A stretch of DNA of 64,000 bases from Eledone cirrhosa. Lineage: Eukaryota. Position numbers and translations under genes: made by a program. The notes under the pieces are model-generated. The model was not told where the DNA came from, did not search any database, and saw nothing but the letters and a program-made list of their open reading frames with translations. Numbering within the stretch: the stretch's first letter is position 1; each line of letters opens with the position of its first letter. Shown here one piece after another: positions 10,900 through 24,561 of the stretch. The DNA is taken from contig OZ024742.1 of the NCBI GenBank assembly GCA_964016885.1, positions 254,696,001 through 254,760,000 on the forward strand. Reading direction: 5' to 3'.

Positions 10900-12992
10900 C
10901 TAAATGAGGAGAATAAATGGGAAAAAGATAGTCTGCCCCAAATCGATCCAATGGAGGGACCAGCGGTGCAAGTTAGTGGTAGTATAATAAGTAAGGCAAT
11001 CAAAGATATGAAGACAAGGAAGGCGGTTGGGCGTTCGGAGATAGTTGCTGAGATGTTGAAAGCATCTGGAATGATAGGACATACGATGGTCACCCAGAAA
11101 GTAAACCAAGTAATACAGAATGAGGTCATACCAAAGGATTGGCGTAACAGCCTCATCGTTATCTGCTACAAGGGTAAAGGAGATGCTCTAGAAAGGGGAA
11201 ACTATAGAGGCATTAAGTTAGTTGACTAGGTCATGAAGGCCACAGAAAGAGTTATAGCACAACTAATCAGAGATTGAATTGATCTAGATGAAATGCAGTT
11301 TAGGTTTGTGTCAGGTAAAAGTCCAACAGACCCTCTTTTCCTTGTACGACAACTACAGTAGAAGTACCTAGCTAAAAGTAAACCCTTCTACTTAGCTTTT
11401 GTTGACTTGGAGAAAGCCTTTGACAGAGTTTCATACTCCATTATCTGGTGTGCCCATAGATAGCTAGGAGTAGACGAATGGCTTGTGAGAGCTATACAAG
11501 CCATGTATAAAGATACAGTCAGCAATGTTAGAATTAACAATGAATATAGTGAAGATTTTTGCGTAAAAGTCAGTGTTCACCAAGGCTCTGTCCTACCCCT
11601 TCCTATTTATTATTGCCCTTCAGGCTATAACAGAGAAGTTCAAGACCGGCTGACCATGGAACGTCTATATGCAGATGATCTAATCTCATAGCTGAATCTA
11701 TGGCTGAACTAGAGAAGAAATTCCAAACATGGAAGAAAGGCCTAGAATCAAAAGGCCTAAAAGTTAACTTGTCTAAGACTAAAGTTCTAGTATGTAGAAA
11801 AGAAAATAGGGCACAGGTGCCCTCTGGGAAAGGCCATGGCCATGGTCAGTGTGTAGGAAAGGAGTAGGTAGAAATTCCATTCTATGTCCTAAATGCAAAC
11901 TATGGGTACATAAAAGATATAGTGGAATCACAGGCAAGCTATCTAAGAACGTAGATTTTAGATGTGGCCAATGCTCAGGTGCAATAAGTAGCAAGTGCCC
12001 ACAGAATACTAGCTCCTTCTACTGCCCAGATGGTTCTATAGAAATAGTGGACAGTTTCCATTACCTGGGTGACAAAATCAGCAGTGGAGGAGGGTGCTCT
12101 GAAAGTACAGTAGCCAGAGTTAGAACAGGATGGAAAAAGTTCAGAGAGCTTATACCGCTGTTGGCCACAAAAGGTTTCTCTCTGGAAATGAAAGGCAGAT
12201 TGTATGATGCTTGTATACGAACAGCAATGTTACATGGCAGTGAGACTTGGGCATTGTGTGCAGAGGACATGCGCAGACTGGAAAGAAAGGAAGCATTCAT
12301 GCTGCATTGGATGTGTAATAGTAATATACACGAACGGCAAAACATAAATGAACTATGTGAGAAATTAGGAATAAGAGGGATCAGATGTTGTTTATTTGAG
12401 AGAAGATTATGTTGGTATGGTCACGTGATGTGCATGAAAGACGACAGCTGTATAAAAATGTTACAGAGTAGGTAGACACAGAAAAACCTGGGACGACATG
12501 ATAAATTCCAGCCTTGCACACTTGCACCCCTCTAAGACAATGTCACTGGATTGAGATCTCTGGCACCACCCAGTAATACAGAAAAGCCCCTTTGCCTACA
12601 TGCAAAGTTGACCTACAGTCAGTAGGTCCCTCCAAACCAAACATACACCCCAACCCACTACCTCCTCCTCCCACTCCCATTAACACCACCCTTTCTCTAT
12701 AAAGTTAATTGGTACCACAACATCCAGTCCAAACTAATAAGGTTGTGTAGGTGTCACAACAAAGAAACAGACAGTCCACGCTGTAATGTGGTCATGTAGG
12801 TAACACGGTAAAAAGCTCCCAGTCCACACTGTAAATGTGGTTGGTGTTAGGAAGGGCATCCAGTCGTAGAAAACCTGCCAGATAGTCCTATATGAGCAGG
12901 ACATGGTCACCCGACAAATATTGCCTCAGTGGACAACTCCTGTCTAACCCATGCTAGCAATGGTAGATAGAAGTTAAACGATGATAATGATG

Positions 12993-12996
<4 letters not shown>
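10899..12996 (+). mobile_element. 5'-truncated, decayed RTE LINE with 3' UTR and (GAT)n tail
   Basis: Fragmented ORFs 10762, 11485 (YADD) and 11849 match the 28005 ORF; stops and frameshifts. Confidence 0.92.
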
Positions 12997-13050
<54 letters not shown>

Positions 13051-13066
13051 TATACATATATATATA

Positions 13067-13980
13067 CCTGTTTTTTCTCTTTCTTCCTCTCTCCTCACTA
13101 CTTTTCTCCTTTCTTTCTTCTTCTTGTTTCTTTTCTTTCCCTCCTGGCCTTTTGATCAATAAAAGCCTTGGGCGCAGCGCTGATCGCTTTTAGATGTCTG
13201 TCTAGCTCGACACCTCGATACAGAAGTGAACCTAAACATCGAGTGCTCACTCGGGTGAACCTACAGTAACTCCGCGTTACACTCCAGGATATATATATAT
13301 GTATACAATTATAAAAAATGAAAGGAGCTGTGTGGTTACTGTAAACAACGTTTAAGATGGTAATATGGATGAAACAAGAGAAGAAAAGAAATCCTTCATC
13401 AGCTGTAAAACCGAGATCAAGATGTTTCGGCGCTTAATACAGGACATCTAAAAGCAATCAGCGGTGCACCCAAGGCCTTTTATCGATCAAAAGGCCAGGA
13501 GGGAATGAAAAGAAACAAGAAGAAAAAAAGGGGAAAAGTAGTGAGGAGAGTGGAAAAAAAAAAAAAAACAGCTAAATAGACCAAATGTTGGGGGGACACA
13601 GGTTATGGAACATGCAAGTGAGTAACCGAGTAAAAAATAGAATCGAATAAGTTATAGCATACTGATTAGACTTTAGTCTGGGGTGTGTGATAACAGAAGC
13701 CCAGTGGTACCGTACCATCTCAATCGAAGTGAAGGTAGAAAGAGTTGGAGCAACCGGAAGTGAGAGGCAGAGGGGAAAGGGAGATAATCCAAAAGAGTTT
13801 TACGACAGTTATAAAATGTGTCATAAACAATCGAAACCAGGAGTTTTACGACATGTGAGAAGCATGTCGTGAACGATCAGAGAGGAAGAGAGAGGAATGC
13901 AGAAGTGTAGTATAATAAAATAAAATAAGGATGAGTGGTTACTCCTTCATTACATAATGAAGAAGTAACCACTCGTCCTT
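13067..13980. mobile_element. Unclassified repeat family (two opposed copies; a third at ~30765-31310)
   Basis: 13067-13198 is a diverged reverse complement of 13443-13575; shared hairpin ggcctttt..aaaaggcc and gatgtttcggcgct. Confidence 0.6.
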
Positions 13981-13989
13981 GTTTTATTT

Positions 13990-14025
<36 letters not shown>

Positions 14026-14028
<3 letters not shown>

Positions 14029-14590
14029 CAGTGAGTGCTGGGTGCTTTTTTTCCGTGGCACCTACACGTCCACTTTACAGTGTAGGATGGGTGCTTTTTT
14101 GCCATGGCACCTCCACGACCACTTTGCAGTGGGAGGGGATGGGGCATATTGTCTATATGCTTCAGCTTCAGCTTGTACCCGTGGGAAGTCGGGTCTTCTG
14201 TATTACTGCGTGACACCACAGGTCATGATCCTGTGTCATTGCCTTTGAGAGGTGCAATTGGGTAATGTCGGCTTTTATCACCTCATCCCAGGTATTCTTG
14301 GGACTCCCCACTCCACGGTCTCTCGACTTCTACTACTCTACACCTTTTTATGCGGCTGTCATCCTTCATACGCATCACATGTCCATACCAATGCAACCTC
14401 CTCTCCTGCACACAACATTTGATTTCTCTTATACTCAGTCTCTCTCTCAATTCGTTTAAGCCTTGCCGTTTGCATATATTACTATTACACATCCATCGGA
14501 GCATGCAAGCTTCGTTTCTTTCTAATCTATGCAAGTCTTCTACATTCAACGCCCAGGTCTCACTACCATGTAGCATTGCTATTCGTATGG
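14026..14590 (-). mobile_element. RTE LINE 3' fragment
   Basis: AMLHGSETWALN...RRLHWYGHVMRM plus 3' UTR. Confidence 0.88.
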
Positions 14591-14884
14591 AATAAAAAGA
14601 ATAAAACATATAGATACTGAAAACACACCTCTGTTCAATAGTGAAGTTTTTAATAAGAAATGTTCATATTCCTTTATTAGTTCATTGTTTTTGGTTTGAA
14701 ACCAAACCTGTCTTATAACCATGTGATTTTTCATTTCATGGCCTTCACAGCTTCAGTTTCAGAATAAAAATAGTCATTATAGTGACATATTATTCATATG
14801 TTTGGCAGTGGGTCTAAAATATCATGGGTGCGGAAGGAAATCATGGATGCCAGATTTAAAATTGTATATATATATGTATGTATG

Positions 14885-15255
14885 TAAACTTAAGAACAAA
14901 CAATGAATGAAAAACAATTTTTTAAGACGAAACAGTAACACATTATTTTTATTTAAATGAAAATATAAACGTGGGAGACAGAAACTCCAGAATCATTGGC
15001 CATTGAGCTGGACTTTGGCAGTTTCAACCCCTACCAATGCTATTGCTAGTTCATCCTGCACAAGCCAAACACTGTCTGGTGTAGTAAGAGACAAGAGACA
15101 AAACATTAATTTATTGCAATTAAGCTACAACAAGTACACAGAATTTTGTGACTTCAAGGAAAAAGTATGGTGCCTCTTTTAACATGAGAGTCATGAATGA
15201 AAAAGAAAAAAAGAAAGGAAGAACAAAGCAAGTAGAAAGTAGGAGATCGTATTTT
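14885..15255. mobile_element. Inverted copy of the 448-bp repeat at 49175-49870
   Basis: ggcagtttcaacccctaccaatg and cacaagccaaacactgtc are reverse complements of sequence at 49650-49730. Confidence 0.65.
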
Positions 15256-15835
15256 TATGTATGTACATATGTATAGAAAGGGTGGAGAAACTCAGGAGAG
15301 TCAATGACCATCCAATAATCTTTTTTGTTTTTGGAGTGAGTGCACTTTTTCATGCAATCAGCACTAGAGAGCTTCTGTCTTGTCTAATTGCTACATTTCT
15401 CACATATAAGCCATTAGTCAACTTGAAATACTAGAAGACATTTGTCCACTGTACCACATAGTGGGAGTGAACCTGAGACCATGTGATTATATAGCAAACT
15501 CCTTAATCACACAACACTGCCTATGCTTATGTTTGTTTATATTTAATTATACCTATGAAGAAAGGGACCATTTAATTGATCTATATCTTCCCCGTTTAAC
15601 GGAAGTAATTTTCTTAATGATTTTTTAAAAAGAATTTTTATATTCTTAATACTGTTTTTCTTTTCTATATTTCTCTCTACATTTCATTATGGTTAATTTG
15701 ACGTTGGCGGGGCAATATTTCCTGCAATAGTGGTAGACTACTTCCTCTTTAGGGAGGTTATGAATGAAATTATAAATCACTAAATTATTTAGAGTAATTA
15801 CCTTAATAGCAGCAATTATTTGAACATTATTAATG

Positions 15836-16275
15836 CCAACAGTAGCAACAATACCAACAACAACAACACCAACAACAACAGCAACAACAACAACAACACC
15901 AACATCAACACCAACACCAACACCAACAACAACACCGACAATAACACAAAAAACAACAACACCAACAACAACATCAACACCAACAACAACAACACCGACA
16001 ATAACATCAATAACACCAACAACAATAACAGCAACAACAACACCAACACCGACATCAACACCAACAATAACACTAACATCAACATCAACAACAACATCAC
16101 CGACACAAACACCAACATCAACACCAACCAGAACACTAACATCAACAACACCAACAACAACACCAACACCAACACAAACACCAACATCAACAACACCAAC
16201 ATCAACATCAACACCAACAATAACACTAGCATCAACAACATCAACAATAACATCCTCAACAACATTATCAACACC

Positions 16276-16307
<32 letters not shown>

Positions 16308-17146
16308 CAAGAACAACACCAACATCACCACCAACACCACCAACAACACAAATACCAACATTGCCAACAATACCAGCATCAATAACAACACCAACAATAA
16401 CAATACCAACAACAGCACCATCACCAACAACAACAGCAACATCAACAACAACAACAGCAATATCAACAACAACAGCAACATCAACAACAACAGCAACACC
16501 AACACCAACAACAACAACACCACCACCACCAACAACAAGAACAACAACACCAACAACACCACCAACAACAACACCAACAACAACACCATCAACAACATTA
16601 ACATCAACACCACCACCACCAACAACAACAAGAACAACAACACCAACACCAACACCAACAACAACACCATCAACAACATTAACATCAACACCACCACCAA
16701 CAACAACAACAAGAACAACAACACCAACACCAACACCAACAACAACACCACCAACAACATTAACATCAACACCACCACCAACAACAACAAGAACAACAAC
16801 ACCAACAACAACACCAACAACACCACCAACAACATTAACATCAACACCACCACCAACAACAACAAGAACAACACCAACACCACCACCAACAACAACACCA
16901 ACACCAACAACAACACCATCAACAACATTAACATCAACACCACCACCACCAACAACAACAAGAACACCAACACCACCACCAACAACAACACCAACACCAA
17001 CAACAACAACATTAACATCAACACCACCAACAACAACAAGAGCAACAACACCAACACCACCACCAACAACAACACCAACAACACCATCAACACCACCAAC
17101 AACACCACCAACAACAACACCAACAACACCACCAACAACAACAACA
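15836..17146. repeat. Cryptic (AAC/ACC)n trinucleotide satellite with higher-order ~60-80-bp repeats
   Basis: Almost only A/C; recurring aacattaacatcaacaccaccacc block; three long stop-free frames. Confidence 0.9.
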
Positions 17147-18427
17147 TATATGCTGTAATGACAATTGTAAAAAAGAAGTAAAAAATAATTTTAAAATATA
17201 TTAATGATATAGACACATGTTTAATGTCTACACCAATAACAGTGACATGATCATAATGTCTAGATATACACCAGAAATAACATCCCATATTTCTTTGAGT
17301 ATAATATGACTTGACAACTTGTGTATTATACAACCCTTGCTTTTGAAGCTAAAAAATTATAATAAATTACATCCTTGTGTATAACACGACTCCAGAAACA
17401 ACTATGTCTATTTAAATGATTTTGTAAGCTTCCATCAAAATCTCAATCTCATATATTTCACTAAAATACCTCGCATAAATCCTGACACACCCATCAAAAT
17501 GTCCTAGTAGCTGTTACCACCACAATACCTTCCACACTGCCAAATGTCTCCCCTCTCATCCAAACCTCTGTTAAATAAATCCATGCTTGGCAACACCCCT
17601 CCCTGAGTAGAGAAGGCTCTACAGTTGTGTGAATGATGACAACCTCTCTAGTGTCAGTGCCATAATAAATGCAGCCAGTGCACCCTGAAAGGTAGTTCAT
17701 GATCGAAAGGACACCTCAATGAAGAAACTTTGCCAAAAGTGTCAAGAGGATTTCTTTAGTTGTATCCGGTGCATGTAACGTTCTCTAGGCTTGGTGAACG
17801 CTATGCTAAATGCATTCAGTACACTATATAAAGTGGTTGGTTATTAGAAGGGCACCCAGTCTTGCCAAAAAAAAAAAAACGATGGAAGGACCTTTCCATT
17901 GTCTTCTAAGCATGATAACCTCCCTAGTGATTTACTTAATAAATGCACTCTGTACACTCTGCAGAATAATTGGAAGAGCATCCAGCGATAGAAAACATAC
18001 CAAACAAAGGATTGGGATGACTCTTCAACTATAACAAAGATATGACATTCTATAGTGTTATTGCAATGATCAAATGTATGTGTTAGTGCATGGAATCGTG
18101 TTTTAGCACACACCCCTGTCCAGCTGGAGGTCAGAGTCTCTGCAATATGGCCAACCCATTCTAGTTAAGAAAACAGAGATTAAACGATGATGATAATGAT
18201 AATGATGAGGATTCCGTGTCTCATGATGGTGATGAATATAAAACAACAGATCTTATGCAGTCTCTTTAAATAGTCCCTTTATTGATATGTTTAATCTTTG
18301 AAACCCACAGTGTTCAATTACACTGATTTTCGTCCTTGATTTTAGTTCAAAATTTTACATATTAAACACAAATTGTATCTCCCAACATTATCACACAAGT
18401 TAAATACAGCAGCCATATCTCCAGAGC

Positions 18428-18698
18428 TGTGTGTATCTGTGTATTTAGTACTCTAGGCTAACACTACAATGTGTACCTGGAGCACCTTATGCTAACACTA
18501 TAATGTGTATCTGGGTACTTAGAACCCTAAGTTAACACTACAATGGGTGCCTGGATATCTAGAACACTGGCTAGCTCTATAATGTGTACCTGGATACTTG
18601 GCACTCTAGGCTAACACCACAATATGTACCAGGGTAGTTAGCATCCTAGGCTAACACTACAGTGTGTACCTGGGTATTTAACACTACAATGTGTACCG
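18428..18698. repeat. Minisatellite, ~40-bp unit, about 6-7 copies
   Basis: Repeated ctaggctaacactacaatgtgtacctgg. Confidence 0.85.
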
Positions 18699-19689
18699 CA
18701 TTCTCCCAGATAAAATAATTTCAACTTACAGTTTAACAAGCTAATAAACATACTTTTTAACACCTCTTGCTCTGACCACACTAAGAAAAATTATTAAATA
18801 TGTATTTTCCACTATACAGTCCACAATCATACACACCAAATCATGCAAAAGGTCACAATACCATACATCTCTCTTAATCATTTGGATGTTTTCACAGTGT
18901 TGGTTTCATCGATCACTGGAAAATTAATTACACATAGATGTATAAAACTGTGATCCTTTAAGGTTCAATAATGTGCTTCTTTGAAGTCTTAGCCCTAGGC
19001 AATTGCCTGGTTAGCCTTAATGGCAGCATTGGCCTGGCATATTGCCATCCAAATAACCAACATCTCACAATGTGATCACTAGACCTGTACAAAATTTCTT
19101 GTTATTTGATCTGGCTCTCTTTGCTCAGAGTTCACCTGCTGAGTTCAACTTTGCTTTTCACTGTTTCAAGGGCCTCTAATTAAAGTACTAGTCTAATGAC
19201 AGTAGACTGACCCCACCTTCTGCCAAGAGTTACAAACAGTATATATTATGAACAACGAAAAAAACAAAAACAAATAAAAAGCAATGGAAACATTGTTTCC
19301 TTGTTCCTACCTGTCGATCAGCTTCCCAGATTGTATGAGCAATGGAAATATCAATGAAAACATTGTTTTCTTAGTCCTATCTGATAGTGGACTACTTTCT
19401 TTTTTAATTATAAATGAAAAGGCATACACACTGTGTACAATCGTAGCTGACAGGTGTTATGCCATAATGCAAATGACTCATCCACCAAAGCAAATACTAT
19501 GACACTAAAGATAAAGTTATATCTTTATAAATACAGAGTGTGTAACCGAGACTGCAACAACGTATATATATAAATATACACATTTTTAATATGTAGACAT
19601 GTAAACATGCCAGAAAATACAAATTTCGCTATAAATTGAATAATGATTATTTTGATTTATGAGGACATTTTTATTTCCTGATACGTTTT

Positions 19690-20039
19690 GGAGGCACATG
19701 GCTTAGTGGTTAGAGCATTGGCCTTGCAATCAAAAGGTTGTGAGTTCAATTCTCAGACCGGGTGATGTGTTGTTTCCTTGAGCAAGACACTTTATTTCAC
19801 ATTGCTCCAGTTTACTCAGCTGTAGAAATGAGATGATGGGGACCGGGGTCCCTATCATTCCACTGCAAAGTGGTCGTGGAGGTGCCACGGCAAAAAAGCA
19901 CCCAGCACTCACTGTAAATGAGGTTGGTGTTAGGAAGGGCATCCAGCTGTAGAAATCAAGCAAGAATCAGTTCCAATTCCACCCTTGCAAGCAGGGAAAA
20001 GCAGACATAAAATGAAATGATGATGATGATGATGATGAT
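19690..20039 (+). mobile_element. Young tRNA-headed SINE with RTE-derived 3' tail
   Basis: A box tggcttagtgg, B box gagttcaattc, ccttgagcaagacac core, tail ggttggtgttaggaagggcatcc...(GAT)n. Confidence 0.9.
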
Positions 20040-20994
20040 CTACATAATAAAAAATGTGTACATTTATATACACATTGTTGCAGTCTCAGTTACCCACTCT
20101 GTATTAATTACAAATAAAACTTTTTCATACACTTCAGCTGCTAGCACATTTATTAATATATAACTAAAGACAAAGGGTGGTGAGAGACCAGAGTCTACAA
20201 TGTTTGGTAGTTGAATGGAAACAATATAGATCTGAGCCAACTGTTTAATTTGGTGCTCTTTAGTGCTGGTGCCATGATAAAATGCACCCAATCCACCTTA
20301 AAAAGTGATATCACTGGTGTCAGGATGAAATGCATCCAATTCAATGTGTGTATGTGCATGTGGATGTGGTTAATTAGGAAGGACATCTCGCTGTAGAAAC
20401 CATACAAAATAATGAACATATGAACAAGAGAGGTTGCCCCAACATGTCAGGTCACAGATCATGAAAGTCTGTCCAACCCAAGCCAACATAGGATTATAGT
20501 GTCCAATTCCTCCAATTTTAGACTGTCACAACTTGTCCAACCCATGCCAGCATAGGAAGTAGGTGTTCAGTCCATTTGGTCACAGACCATGAAAACTTTT
20601 GCGACCCATGCCAACATGAGAAGCAGTTGTAAAATGATGATAAAGATGTTCATCACAATCCATAAGGTCTTGTATAAAATAGCAATGTCTGTGTAACTAT
20701 CTAGCTTTAAGCTGGCTTCTACACAAGTGTAGTGTTGACATGATAACTAATATTTATAGAGAATTATTTCAGAATAATTGACATCTTTATGGCTACTAGT
20801 TGAAGTTGCATATCATTTTTGTTTTATCACTTTTTAAGACAAGTAGAAATTCATACAAGTAGCACTACACAAGCACGAACTAAAACAATAACAAGTGTTT
20901 TAAGGTCATTTTCTATACTAAAGCAGGGGTTAGCTTTTCAGGCCCTGTGACAAGCTTTTCTATTTTATTAGCTGCATCCACCACCACCACCAAT

Positions 20995-21610
20995 CCCACT
21001 TTCAGCTTTCCTCAACACATGACCATACCATCTCATTCCATTTCTCTTCACATTTATTACTGACTATCAATTTCATTCAGTCACTTTCAACCCTCCTCAA
21101 CACATGGCCCAACCATCTCATTTCATTTCACTTTAAAATATTACTGGTTCTATTCCTATCATTCTCTACATTCATTGTTTGTTTTCTTCTTTATCAGCAA
21201 TACTCCACTCATCCACAGGACCATTCTCACTTCTATTTTCCCATCCTTCTATATTGCTCTACTGTCATAGCCCATGTCTTTCCAGCCTTATCTGTCACTC
21301 CATGTTCATCACACATATCTTGCTCCCATAAACCATGGCACGCTCAAACATGCAGCATACATCTATCCCTTCAGTTTCACCAATACTTCCCTCCTCATTA
21401 GCATATCACTCAATTCTTAGAACATCTTCTATGCACTTCTCACTCTAGATACTATAACTGAATATGATAATAAACACCTTCAAATTCACTGTTAAGTTTA
21501 CAGATTCAATCACTTGCTCTGTGCCTTCAATGGAAACCTACTCATTTCTCCTCTCTCTATTCAACTGAACTAAGGGTCTGTACCTTTGCCAGTTAACCCC
21601 ACTTTACTAT
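20995..21610 (-). mobile_element. Highly decayed RTE LINE fragments
   Basis: catgaccataccatctc (RWYGH antisense), tgtcactccatg (HGS antisense) remnants. Confidence 0.45.
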
Positions 21611-22297
21611 CTGAATCTCCTCTCCACTTCTCACACTTACTGGATTTAACCCTTTTGTGAATATATCTGAGATATATTCTATTTCAATTTACTAACTTTT
21701 AACATTCTCTAAGGATTTAGTAGAACATATTATAATGTGGGGTTTTTAATTGAAATGTTTAAAGTATCTTTACTAATTAACAATTCATTGAGAACATTTG
21801 TAGCATTAAATTAAATCACTCAATGTTTAATGAGATGCAATCATAGTGCTGTTTTGTAGGTTAGAAGAGTATCTTTCTAGTGGGGTTTTCATGTAGTAAA
21901 GGTCGTTAAGAGTTTTTAAAGAAACATATGCAAGTAAGAGGCAGGTTCCCAGCTCCTCTGAGCACTTGATAGAGTACAATAATGTATGTAAGCAAGATGA
22001 AGCCTCTGATCCAGCATGGGTTCAGCACCTCTGCTTTTAGTACCAACTCGGTCTGATGACTCATACAAATCTTGCTATCAGGAAAAGCAGATGTTAAACG
22101 GTGATGATGAGGAGGATGTATATATATATACACACACACACACACACATACACATATATATAATATATATGAATATATATATATGATATATATATAAGTG
22201 TTGAAGTTTCCGTGGAAAAAGTAAAAGGAATGAAGAGTGCTCTATGTAAGTTACAGAGTTAAATATTTAATGTATAATAAACAACAGAGTATAATTA

Positions 22298-22365
22298 CCT
22301 TATTACCCGAGGTTTCCCGAACAAGACGAACACAAGAGATGTCAGCATTCGTTCGTCAAATGAAG
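22298..22365 (-). ncRNA. Degenerate type I hammerhead motif (family F)
   Basis: cttcat-TTGACGA-acgaa...ttcgg-GAAA-cctcggg-TA-ataagg; inverted 3' part recurs at 22796-22843. Confidence 0.5.
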
Positions 22366-22841
22366 CAATATAACATAGTGAGATATTTGAAAATAGTTCA
22401 TCAAGAAAGGCTAAAAAATATAAATAAAACTAATAAGACAAAAAATATGTAAAAATAAAAATAAAGAAATATAGTGAGATGATGTGTGTATATGTACATA
22501 CATATGTACATGTGTGTATATGTACAACTGCATGTGTATAGTGAAAATATGTATGCATAAGTACATACATGAGGGCAAATATATTAGTGTATGTGTGACC
22601 ACAAATACACACGTATATATATGTTAAAAATAGAAAATGTAAAATAATGAAGTTTGTGTACATGCAGACGCAAAGACTAAGGGCTGATATATATACACAT
22701 ACAAACGTAAAAGGACGCATGCACACAAACATATATACACGCAACCACGTATATGTATATAATATAATTTCTATTTTTAACATATATATACGTGTGAATT
22801 TGTGGTAATGAGGTAATTATACTGTGTTGTTTATTATACAT

Positions 22842-22872
<31 letters not shown>

Positions 22873-22890
22873 TGAATATATATATATATA

Positions 22891-22994
22891 TACAGTTTCG
22901 TGGCTACTATGCAAAAATCCTATATCATAGAGATGTAACATTTTTGTCACATCTCTATGATATAGGATTTTTGCCACGAAACTGTACAGTCGGG
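22891..22994. repeat. Fold-back hairpin ending in the 3' half of an HHR (family G)
   Basis: 22891-22940 pairs with 22945-22986 (one indel); GAAA-ctgtacag-TC at 22978-22991. Confidence 0.6.
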
Positions 22995-23389
22995 AATTTC
23001 AAGAAAAAATGGGTATTTATTTATGTCTAATATTTCTTCTTACTTTATAATATATTACATAGCTCTGATATAGAGTCAATTTAATTATTCCCATTATCTT
23101 GTCTCTCATAATCATAGAGCAACACTGGTTAAGGTCGACAACACACAATCTCACATACTTGTGAAAAATGTATGTGTATATATGCATGTATATGTATGTA
23201 TACACATATATTTGTCTTCCTCTCATTATTTTATATATATATATATATACTTGTCTGTTGTGCTCATAATTTGTTGACATTATTATACAAGTTGGATGCC
23301 CTTCCTATCACCAGCACCACTTTACAGCATGGACTGGGTGCTTTTATTCATGCCACCAGTACTAGAGAGGTTGTCTTTCTGGACTCAGG

Positions 23390-23628
23390 GGCTCTGCATT
23401 GGTATATACCGCTGGGTAAAGAAGTGCCAAGAAATCCCAGTGGAAGGAAGACACAGTAGAGGAAGACCACGAAAATCATGGGCAGAGGTGGTGAGACCTG
23501 ACCTGAGAACGCTGAAGCTCATGGAGGAGATGACAAAGGACCGTGACGAATGGAGAGATGATGTGCTGAAAAGGAGCAATCCTACCCTTACAAGCAAGGA
23601 AAAGCGGACATAAAATGATGATGATGAT

Positions 23629-23631
<3 letters not shown>
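23390..23631 (+). mobile_element. RTE LINE 3' fragment
   Basis: VEGRHSRGRPRKSWAEVV...DRDEWR; (GAT)n tail. Confidence 0.8.
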
Positions 23632-23668
<37 letters not shown>

Positions 23669-23679
23669 TATATATATAT

Positions 23680-23766
23680 TTTTTTCCCATATCTTATGTT
23701 AACTATTTTTCCCATATCTTATGTTAATTATTTTTCGCATAACTTATGTTAACTATTTTCCCATTT
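23680..23766. repeat. ~28-29-bp tandem repeat, 3 copies
   Basis: ttttcccatatcttatgttaactattt repeated. Confidence 0.8.
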
Positions 23767-23864
23767 TGACGCTATAGTCACTTATATATTATATTATGGA
23801 ATACTGTTAGCTTCTCGCTACAACAATTTCACACTTTTCATTTATATATATATATATATATATG

Positions 23865-23896
<32 letters not shown>

Positions 23897-24458
23897 TGTA
23901 TGTATGTATGTATGTATGTATGTATGTATGTATGCATGTGTGTGTATGTATGTATGTATGTATATTAAAGCATGTCAAATCAGTCAACCTAACACCTGCT
24001 ATTGAAGTTCTCTTTCTGTTCTTTCTAATAATATTAAGAATAAACTCTGCACAGATTGTTCCATGGCTGATTGCACTTCACACCTGGTACACTGAATGCA
24101 GGCACTAAATATTGCAGTAATTCACAACAAAACATGCAGTATTGATTGCATTATTAACATGTGTTGCATGTATGTATGTTTTACCATTGCACCTACAACA
24201 ACAATTAATTAATTCAGCATCTAATATATTTAATTATATGTAAAACACCAGATAGGCTGGAAAGGGGATGTTTGCGTGTGTGTGTGTGGGGGGGGGGGTA
24301 GTGGTGTTAATAGCAATGCCAAAATGTTTCTTTAATTCCAAGCTGAAACAAGTTTTATGGAAACTGGGTGATAAGAGCATGTGTGTATATGTGTGTGTAT
24401 ATGTGTGAGAGAGACAGAGAGAGGAATTGAGTAAGTATGTATGAGAGAGAGGAAGAAG

Positions 24459-24561
<103 letters not shown>

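Noticed and set aside
17494-17700. 68-aa ORF as a possible DNA-transposon remnant
   Set aside because: No catalytic motif or terminal inverted repeats recognisable
19692-19765. Functional tRNA genes at SINE heads
   Set aside because: No proper acceptor stem; continuous with the SINE body in five copies
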